A stretch of DNA of 40,155 nt. It comes from Seison nebaliae. Lineage: Eukaryota. Each line of letters starts with the position of its first letter. Position 1 is the stretch's first letter. The stretch spans positions 1-40,155 of the forward strand of contig JALJEE010001969.1 in NCBI GenBank assembly GCA_023231475.1, in the 5' to 3' direction. Shown here piece by piece: positions 12,001 through 22,180 of the stretch. The position numbers and the translations under genes are program-made. Under the pieces are notes generated by a model, which was not told the DNA's origin, searched no databases, and saw nothing but the letters and a program-made list of their open reading frames with translations.

Positions 12001-12396
12001 AGCATACTTTCTATCTCCCACATCTTCATTAGCGAATGAATTGATGAGCTGGAATCCTTTGAACATCTCGTTCTGCAATTCCACACAAAAATATTGACTT
12101 TTTTCACGTTTTGATGAAATATTGGATGATGATGATGACGAAGATAGAGATTTTGAGAGTACTTTCTCAAAACTTTCTTTATCTTTCTTTTGCTTTTCCT
12201 TTTTTATTAACCGATTGAAATCTTTTACATACTTCTTCAAAAGTTTTTTCATTTTATATTTATTATACTTATTAACTCTTTCAGAGATATGTGGAGAACA
12301 AGTTTCCTCTCCATTCTCATCAGTAGCCTCTTCTGTTTTGTCATCGGTTTCCTCAGTAGAAAAATCCGTTTCATTCGAGTTTCTTTGTAAATTCAT
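9027..12396 (-). CDS. Large Ser/Lys-rich protein with a C-terminal CD225/dispanin-like membrane domain (~1017 aa)
   Basis: Exons 12396-11837 (alternative donor gives 11831), 11760-9653, 9505-9455, 9408-9256 and 9208-9027, with all phases compatible. C-terminus WIILALLCCLLNPPFGILAVLL...A..YAKYAWTVSVIG matches the dispanin pattern. Confidence 0.7.
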
Positions 12397-12610
12397 TGCG
12401 CATTTGGGAAAATGAGGAATTGATTTCCTTAGTTTTTCATTTATTCATATATTCTTCACTCTCGATGATAATGGTTATATGATATCTTAAAATTTTACTT
12501 GTTTCATTTTTATTTTATATCATAATTATATTCTTTTAAATGAGAAGCTATAAATTTTCATTTTTCAATGTATTATCAAATCAGAATTGTTTGTAAATCT
12601 TTGTAAAATT

Positions 12611-13661
12611 ATGGGAGAGAACAAAGTTGATTTGACAGAAGTAGAAAATTTTGCAAAATGCGTTTGTGTCTCTTCACCGACTCCGTTATCTATTTTCGAA
12701 TTTTTAAGTTTCAAATTTTTCTTTTTTATAATTTCTAATTTGTCTGAATGAATTGTAGAAGATTTCCGAAATTTATGCGGAGACAGTTTCAAATTTGAAC
12801 GTTTCGGATTCTCTTCCGCCGAAAGATGTTTAGAATCGTTTAGTTCATTAAGAACATTTAAAAAGTTGGAGAATATCTTCAACATCAATTGTCCTAGTTT
12901 ATTTCTATTAAATAAATTGAAGAGAAGGGAAATTTTTCGTCGAAGCAAAAACGAATTATCAGATATGTGATTTACAGAAATTGGTGCAAGAACAAAAAAA
13001 AGTATATTTATTTTCCATATAATTTTATAATGAGAATTTATATGTAAATTTTCTATAGTCACACAAAGTTTCAGATTTTGACAATGTAACTCGACGTCGA
13101 ACAACAACAAACCATCGAAGCCATCATCGTCAATCAGAAAATGTGATCGATGATTACCGTCGTCGTGATAGAAGTGGAAGAACAAAATCGATGCCAAATA
13201 GACAAAATGAAAACGGACGTTCGTTTCGTTACGACAAGGAAGAGAAATTGAGAAATATTTCAATAAACGAAAAAAAATATCATTCATCATCCGCAAACAA
13301 AAGAGAACATCGAAATAGAAGAGACTCTGATTTAATGAACAACATCAACGAAAATGAAGAAAACGAAACGAATATGTATTTTTGCTTTTGTGTTAAACCG
13401 AAAGATATAATTATGAAAGATTGTCGTGCTTTGCAAATAAATATCCTCTTCCATGATAATTTATTTCAAAATAATCGACTTGCTGCCCATACACAAATCG
13501 ATCGTCTTGTCCCTCAAATTGAAACGCAAATGTGGCTAGATGGCAATTCAATGAGAAGATCAGAGAAAACGAAATGGCTTAACAATGCTTCCGTTTTATT
13601 AAACGACGAGAATTATAATATGAAAGAATATATCGGTCTCCAGAAAGAATTCCTCAATTGA
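12611..13661 (+). CDS. Extended-LOTUS (OST-HTH) domain protein without Tudor domain (294 aa)
   Basis: Exons 12611-12707, 12759-12864, 12923-13001 and 13059-13661 give CVCVSSPTPLSIFEFLKDFRNLCGDSFKFERFGFSSAERCLESF...FVEAKTNYQICDLQKLVQEQK. This fits the LOTUS consensus (DY...G..I.Y..LGF.S...FL.S) plus the LV..QK extension helix. Confidence 0.72.
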
Positions 13662-13856
13662 CTTATACAAATTTTTCTCACTCTTCTTTATTCCATTGTA
13701 TATAAACTCCTCAACAATCTCTTATATTAGATGAGATTGTCATCTAAAAATTATTCGTATAGTTCGTTTATTTCATATTGAAAATAACATTTTACAAAAA
13801 AAAAACAAAAAATTTAAAGAAAATAAACAATTTTTTTATGAAAACGGAAAATGTTT

Positions 13857-16043
13857 TTATCGAAATTTATTCTTCATTACTTTCTCGTAAATTGATGGGT
13901 ATGTCAATTGAAACTGACAATTGTGAGAGAAGATTATTGAATGTAATATAAAATAAATTCTAACTTTTTCCAAATGTTTCTGTTTGATTTTCTCGGAATA
14001 TTCTTTACTCTTAACGATGTCATGCAATAGCTTCTCTAACTCAATTTGAAGTGTTTGTTTTCCGATTTCGTTACATCTCTCTTCAGAAACCTGTTGACAA
14101 TAAGAAGTAGTTCCCTTATTGAATATGGTTGACATTGAATGACTATGTCGAGATAATTGTTCTTGATTATGATACATCGATTCTTCATTAAATCTCTCAC
14201 GATTATTTACCGTATGATTGAAATTATGAAAATGTTTTAATCGAAATGGAGTCGATACCATATTCCAATATTGAGCATTATTGTGAATCGATCGATGGAA
14301 ATCAGAATAAGAAGATAATGATGGAATATTGAGGAGATTGACAGAAACGGCGTTAAATAACGAATCTTGATTATTAATAAGACAAACAAATAATTCTTCG
14401 ACGATTTCGTCGAATATCATCAAATGATAAGAATGTATATTCTCTTCATGTTGATTAATGAAACGACGGAACAATTTCTCTGAATTTCCAATTAAAGGCA
14501 CCTTGAATGACGTGATAAGTACCGTTTCTTTTGATTTCTTATACAACTGTCTTAATTGACCATTTCTCATTGTACGTCGTATAAATCTCAACATCAAATG
14601 CAGAAGACGACGATTCGCAGGTTTCATCAATAATAAAATAGCATGCATCGATTTTAATATATTCTCCCTTCTTTCATCATATTCATTTTCCATCAAATTG
14701 TCAGTGTGAGGTATTAAAGTTTGTAATCTCCTCCCATCAAATATTCTCAGTAACATGTACACTAAGTTGGAAGAAATTATAGGATGTGCCATTTCATCAA
14801 AAGTCGACAAGATGATGTCCATTATATCATTCTCAATTCCTCGATAATATCCAATATTTGGCAATATTTTTTTGGGCCATTCAATCAACGATTTCATTGC
14901 AGACAGGATCCCTGAATCGATTGATAATTCGTCGTTCGGTATATTTTGAACTACTCCACTATCACTAAAATATTTTAAGTTGTGAATTAAATTCTTTTCA
15001 TATTTCTCATACAACTTTTCCATAATTCGATTGGTTTTAAATGAATCAGTTCGACACTCCATTCCACCTAATATAGCTGACTTCCAATAATAGAACGATT
15101 CATCTCCTGTAATCATTTGAGGTATTCTCAATGAAACTTCAGAAGTCGATTCTGTCAATTTGACATTTCTTTTATGGACCGAATTACATTTTTCACCCAT
15201 ATTCAATGAACTGATTGATTGACTGTTCGATTGACTCAATTTATCCTTCTTTGATTCAGTCGTTATTGTAGTGGTAGTAGTTATGAGATTCTTATTATCA
15301 AAATTATCATTAACTGTCAGATTGAGATGATTGGTGGCAGATAAACAACGTTTGCCTGCTAATGACCTTCCACTCTCATTATGACTATTCATCGATTCAT
15401 TTCGACATTTTGATAAATCTTCTTCTGATTTATTTATTGGACGACAACTATTCGATCTTCTCACATTATAAAGTTTAAGAAGATCAAATCGACTTAATCG
15501 AAGTTTAGAAATATTGTTGTTCAATGAAGTTAAATTGGGACGATATGAATTTGATTTTGTCAAATTGAATTCTTTTTTCTTCTCATGTTGTTCAGTATGA
15601 GTGGAATGTCGTTTAATTTGAGTAGGGAGGTACAACGATTTTTTTGGTAAAAATCTCTAAGGAAATTAGAAAGTTGGTGGGAATATTAAAGAAATAAAGA
15701 GACTTATAAATTCGATTATTTCCATTGAATGACTTTAATTGATTGGATGTATCGAGACCGACTTCTTGGAAGACTCCAGCCGATTGGAAACAACCGAGCA
15801 ATTTAATAATATTCTCTTTCGACGTTTCCGTACCATCTTCTTTCCCTTCGGTAGAAAACCAATCTTCGAACCATTTCACCGCTTCGCTACCATAAAAACA
15901 ATTGTCAAATGTTCGTAGATATTTCCGATGTTTACCGGTTGGCATTCGAGTTCGGAAGTCATCAATCATCCGATTCCACTGAAATAAGCAGAATAATAAT
16001 ATTACAAATGTACAAGACGAACCTTATTGGTTGCATTGAACAT
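13857..16043 (-). CDS. DEPDC1: DEPDC1-like protein (DEP plus RhoGAP-like domain), ~680 aa
   Basis: Exons 16043-16023, 15978-15704, 15654-13965 and 13913-13857. Motifs FNATNKWN...FR..MP..KHR...FDNCFYGSEAV.W, AMK.L..WP, LLL..ANRRLLHLMLRFI, SYCQQVS, FQ..YP.IY. Confidence 0.88.
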
Positions 16044-16305
16044 TCTTCTCTCTTCACTTCACATCGGAAGAAGCTGAGCTCAACTTTAAATATAGGCGAA
16101 ATGAAATAGAATTAAATAATTTATATTAAATTTATTTATTTTTTTAAAATCGTATTCTGGAAGAAAGCTTTAATTTTAAATTCCTTCTATTTTAAGATTG
16201 TTTCTGAATTTTGTGATTAAGAAATCTCTCATCGATTGAGCAATTGATATACAGAAAACAAGAAATACTTTGGATTAGTTGACACAGATTTTCACAACAG
16301 TTACC

Positions 16306-17288
16306 ATGACATATATGACGCCAATAAAAATTGGTGCGAAAGTTTTGGTTTGGCACGAAGGTAAAGTATTAGAAGCTACTGTAAAATATTTCGGTAATAT
16401 TAATGGACGGAACGGGGAATGGGTCGGTGTCCAGTTAACTACCAAAGGTTACCCATCCAAAGCATAAGGAATTTAAGTATTATTATTAAAATATTTTTAT
16501 GGTCATTAGACGGTGACACTAACGGAACATTGAAAGGTCGACAATATTTTACGTGTCCAAATAATTTAGGTTTATTTGTCAGACCTATATGTGTTAGATT
16601 ACAATTAAATCGACGACGGTTAGTCTTCTATTTATTTCATTTCAATTGGCTGGTGGAATTATTTTAAAGATCATTTAACCGATATCGATCGATTGCGCCA
16701 AAAAGTGAATGTAACGAATCTCCATTCAATAATAATCATTTGAAAAAGTTTAAATTGTGCCAACATTCAAGAATTTTAAATAATACTCATTTTGGCAACG
16801 GACTAACCAATAAGCATACTATTGACAATGCTCTTTTAACAAAAACTGAATTGACGTCAATGCCATATCATCAATATCAAGATAGCATGCATGAAGAGAA
16901 TTTTCGAAAGAAGCATTCGTTGTTACATCATGAGAATATTTTGAGTGTTCGCATGAAGAAACAACAAAAATATCTAAAGAAACATCGACAATATGAAATT
17001 GAATCTTATCGGGAAGAAGCTCTTCGTCCCTTTTCCGCTACTCTCGACAACTATATAAGCAATTCGAATATGTCAGAAAAAGTCATTAAGGTTCAAATGG
17101 ATTCTACGAACAAGAAACGAGTAACGTCAGCTCGCTTGCCACCACATGGTTTCCATCCAACTGCTTCAATACCATTACAACATATGGCAATCGAAGATGA
17201 ACTAAGAGGAAGACTCGATTCAGATTGGAATGAAAGGAATCCACTTCCGAGAAATACCTCATTATCAATGGACATTCTAAATCGATAA
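16306..17288 (+). CDS. CAP-Gly domain protein (289 aa)
   Basis: Exons 16306-16447, 16510-16618 and 16670-17288. Domain motif ATVKYFG....GEWVGVQL....GDTNGT..GRQYFTC....GLFVRP. Confidence 0.88.
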
Positions 17289-17470
17289 TCCACAAATAAT
17301 TTTTATATCCGACCACAAGGAAGATCATTGTTTCTTTTCTATTTCAAACATTTTTATAAGATTATTGTTGGTGTGGAAATATTCTTTAAAAGAATTATTT
17401 GAATGTTTCAATTAGATGTACAATCGGATAAATTATGTATATTACTCTTATACTTTATTTCTAGACTTTA

Positions 17471-17505
17471 TTCTTCTTCTTCTTCTTCCTTCTTCGTCTT
17501 CTCCT
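17471..17505. repeat. Imperfect (TTC)n microsatellite
   Basis: ttcttcttcttcttcttccttcttcgtcttctcct. Confidence 0.7.
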
Positions 17506-19638
17506 CTATCATTGCAATGATTAAACAGAAATTCTCGAATAAAATCAAATGTCTTTAGACCTTCTTCTCTTCCCTCTACTTAATATCATTGGTGGTTGAT
17601 GGTTAATTAACCTAATAGTATTTCCGTGATAGAATCGATTAAAGTCGAAACCGACTAAATATAATCCAATTTATTTGACATTTACTATACGAAGACCTTC
17701 TTTCCTTTATCATTCGATTTAATTAAGTTTTTGTTGTAAACGAAAATTAACGAAGGACTAATTAATATATATAGAAATTTATATATCTTTTAATTGACGA
17801 TCGTTTAATTCAAATTCATCTTATTAGAATCGTTGATGATATTCTATCAAAATCGACTTATAGATCATAATATTGATAAGATAGAAATTGTCTATCTAAT
17901 GAATGAATTTTTTTTTCTTATTTTATTAGAAACTATAATAAATTAGAAGAATAATAATGAGAATAAAGAAGAAGAAAGAAGAATGATAATTAGAATCTAT
18001 AATGAGAAAGAAGAAAAAAAATCTCAACCTATATTACTTAATCAGTAACGTAATTCCATGAATGAATGAAAAGAACGAATGAATCGATGATCTCTCATCT
18101 AATTTTCCATTATTTCCATTAATTTCTTTCTTTCTTTTCACGAAGGCATTATTCCCGTTCACTTTATAAGTTAAATTAATAATTTAGAGTTCTTTCCTTT
18201 TTTTACTCTACTTATCTAATTTTGTTCGGACATTTAAATTCTCCAATATTCAATGAGAATCAATCCATTGTGTAAAACATTTGTAAAGTTCTGTTTAGTT
18301 GGAGGTAGAGTGAAAGACCGAATTCGATCTCCCAAAACAAAGAGTTGTGTGGATAATTGTGTTTAAGATATCCGTTCTTCTAATCTTTTCTAGATTTGAA
18401 ATTCGATTAATTTTCTAAAACGAATTGTGTGAAAGGAAATCTGTAAGAAACATCAAGGGATGGAATTCATGATAAGACAATGTTAGATAAGACGCAAGTA
18501 ATGAAATGAAACTGCTATTACAATCCTCACTTGTTGTGACCTCATTCTATCAAAAAGTTATTTGATCGAATCTTCATGTTCAGTGGGTGAAACGTGTGGA
18601 AATAGATTAACACTACTGGATTACAACAGTGGATGCGTCATCTTCATCATAAAATAATCACTTATTTCGCCATATCATCGTCAGAATTTCGTCGTATCAA
18701 ATAATATCAAATTTTTCTCTTACGTCCAGAATTTATTACGTAAATTCCAAAATTCAATAAACAACATTGTTCTTTATTCGATGTCGAACACAAAAACTAA
18801 AGGAAAATTCACTTATCATTTCCCATCATTTTTTTCCACCAAAATATTCTTCGTAAGAGAAGAAATGTTAATATGTTAGTTACTCTATTGATTCCATTAT
18901 TACTAAAATTAGATAAAGAAGTTAATTTTTTGGTTTCTTTTCTCAATTCCTTTTTTTATCACATTTCCGAATTACTAAACAAGATGATGATAGAAAGAAG
19001 AAATTCCATCGATCATCTTTTATTAATTGGATCGGAAGTGTTATATCATTTCCCACCTTTTCTCCAATATGAAACATCTCCAGAAGTAGATTGAGAGGAA
19101 ATAAAAAACTTTTTTCTTTCCTTAATTTTCTGAATGGTGTTGTTAGTGTTATTGTTAGTAGGAATTGTTAGTCCAAGTAGCAATTGTAGCGACACTCTAC
19201 CTTCTCAATAATTATGCGGAAAACCGACTAAAAAAACGAATTAAATAAAAGAGAGTTCACGCTAAACGTGAAGAATTGACAGTTACTCAGCAAGACTCCT
19301 TTTCATGTTTCTTGTTTGTTAAACGGAATTCATCGATATTAATTTTCTATCAATAAATTTACTTTATTCTCAGTGGGAAATGAAAGAAAGGAAGCAAACA
19401 GTTTGTAAATGTATTTCCAATAAGATTTACCTTAAAACCATAAAAGCAATTCAAGTGTATAACGTGTAAGTGGAAGTGCGACAATGCGTGAAAGAGAGCA
19501 ATTCACCTTCGAAATCTTTTGGTAGAATTATCTGAAGAAATAATCAGCTGTATAAAAACGGCTGAAAATTACGTTCGAAATTTGGAACTTTGAATTATTC
19601 TCATTATTATTATTCATTCACTTTTCTTTTCATCCAGA

Positions 19639-21898
19639 ATGAATCCCTTTACAAAATTATTATTATTTTTAATTCTCATTTTCCAATATGCCAATGTTAT
19701 CCTAGCTGAAGATGGTAAATTGCTTGTTTGTTATTATACCAATTGGAGTCAATATCGAAATGGCATAGCACAATTTCAACCAGACGATGTCGATCCACAT
19801 ATTTGCACTCATATCGTTTATGCTTTCGCTAAATTGGATGGTAATCAATTAGCAGCATTTGAATGGAATGACGATGAGCAAACATGGGATATTGGAAATT
19901 TCAAACGGATAATTAATTTGAAGAAGATCAATCCCAATCTGAAAATTTTAATAGCACTTGGAGGATGGAATATGGCATCCGAACCATTTACTAAGGTTGT
20001 TGAGAATGAGAAACATATAGAAGAATTTGTTAAATCTGTTATCGGTTAATTCTTTTATATATTAGCCATTCAATGGTGATTTAATTTTAATATTGCAGAT
20101 TTCTTGAGGAAAAGAAATTTTGACGGTTTTGACATGGATTGGGAATATCCTGCGAATCGAGGATCTCCACCAGAAGATAAACAAAGATTCACCAAACTTA
20201 TTAGAGTTTGAATTATAATGATTATTTGTCATATTATATCACTTGTTTAGGATCTACGAATTGCATTCGAAGAAGAAGCAAAAATAACAGGAAAAGAAAG
20301 ATTATTATTAACAGCGGCGGTTGGTGCAGGAAAGACAACGATTGATTCGGCATATGAAATTGCAGAAATCTCGAAAGATTTAGATTTAATTAATCTAATG
20401 ACATATGATTTTCATGGACCGTGGGAGACGGAAACTGGATTGAATGCTCCACTATATGGTAGAGAGAACGAATCCAATGATTCTCTTTATTTAAATCAAG
20501 ATTTCGCTGTACGATATTGGATTAGACATGGTGCGTCTCCAAGTCAATTAGTAATGGGCATACCAACATATGGACGCGGCTTTACTTTGGAGAATGCTAA
20601 CAATACAAAATTGGGTGCTGCAGCTAAAGGACCTTCCAAACAAGACAAATATATACCGGAACCAGGTATTCGTGCTTATTACGAAGTTGAGTTCTTATTC
20701 TTCAGTAACTTCATATTTTCCTTTTCTACTTAGATGTGTCAAATGGAAAAAGAAGTGGATGTCACTAAAGTGTTTAATAGAGAACATTTAGCACCATATC
20801 TTTATTTCGGTGATCAATGGATCGGTTATGATGATTTAGAAAGCGTTGGATATAAAGTTCAATATTTGAAGGATATGCATTTGGCAGGTGCTATGGTTTG
20901 GTCATTAGATTTCGATGATTTCTCTGGTCACTGTGGTGGAGAAAAATATCCAGTAATTCGTCATATTCAGAAAGTTCTTCACAGTACTGATCGTATAACA
21001 ACGCCGGTACCGGTAGTAACGAAGGAAATAGATATTAATAAATCGACTATGAAAGAAACTGTTCCACCAATCAATCCCACAATCAAATTACCAATTACAA
21101 CTGAACCGCCAGTAACAAAAGTTAATTCCAAATCTGGTAGCAATTTAAGTTTGGTGGAAATGATTCGAATGAAAGTGGAAGAGATAATTGAAGAATTGGC
21201 AAGAAGAAAACTTGACTACTGCAAGGGAAAGGAGAATGGTTTCTATCGTGATCCCAATAAATGTGACCAATATATATATTGTTTAACTACTAAGGACGAG
21301 AATATTTACATGTATCATGGAAGTTGTCCTGAGTCATATATCTTCAACACTAAATCATATATGTGTGTCGAATCAAATAACGTTTCATTTATTTTTTCCA
21401 AACTCTTTTCATATTTTCTTCGTTTAGGATGAATGTATTGATAAAGGAAATCCCGACGAAAAGAAAGGAGGAATTATTCCAATTATTCAACAGACTCTAC
21501 CGACCAATAAACCAACATATTCCACCACACAGAAACATATTGTGAAGCAAACACAAGCACCAATTACAAACTCACCTGTACGACCTCAACAACCAACCTC
21601 AACAATCGATCCTCTATTGGAGATAATCGATAAATTACCAACTATTCCCGAATTACCTCCAGGTCTATTCACCGATTCACCTTATCCAACAACTGCTAGG
21701 AAATTCGAATGTTCATCTGGTGCCTCATCAGCAAAAGCTTATGCCAATCCAAACAATTGTTCTCAATTTTTTATGTGTTCCAATGGACAAGCCATTGTGC
21801 GCGATTGTCCACCAACCCTTATCTTTGATCCTAGGGTTCAATCTTGTAATTTTGCAACAGCAGTGCCTTCAGGTGTTCTCCAATGTAAAATGAATTAA
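19639..21898 (+). CDS. Secreted GH18 chitinase with Pro/Thr linkers and two CBM14 (peritrophin-A) domains, 688 aa
   Basis: Exons 19639-20044, 20099-20205, 20251-20685, 20734-21381 and 21428-21898. Signal peptide, [20 protein letters not shown], intact catalytic [32 protein letters not shown], and two 6-Cys CBM14 domains. Confidence 0.96.
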
Positions 21899-22180
21899 TC
21901 AGATAATTATTCTTCATATTAGGTTTATGTAGTTTAAACCGTTGGAATGATAATTTCACTCAACCAAATTTCTGCACTTTCCTAGAATCAGTATTCCCTC
22001 TCTTATAATTTTATGATTGTTACTCAATTCTCTCTTTACCAGGAGTATCAGAGGACGATTATAAAAGAATAAAAATTTCAATTTGTTTAATAAAAATTTT
22101 TTATTTCTGGACAAATAATAAAACATTTGATAACAACAAAAAGAATTTGTTTTAATTGTCAGTTGACAATTGAACGAAAT

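Noticed and set aside
12565..13296. 243-aa minus-strand ORF
   Set aside because: It is the antisense shadow of the spliced plus-strand LOTUS gene and has no domain features.
18873..19094. 73-aa plus-strand ORF
   Set aside because: No recognisable motif; compatible with chance in AT-rich DNA.
19551..19558. TATAAAAA as the chitinase TATA box
   Set aside because: Common in AT-rich DNA and hard to reconcile with the candidate UTR intron 19573-19637; needs TSS data.
2704..21898. Stop-codon reassignment or programmed frameshifting to explain the fragmented ORFs
   Set aside because: Nearly every break is resolved by a short intron, and a 4557-codon ORF is open in the standard code.
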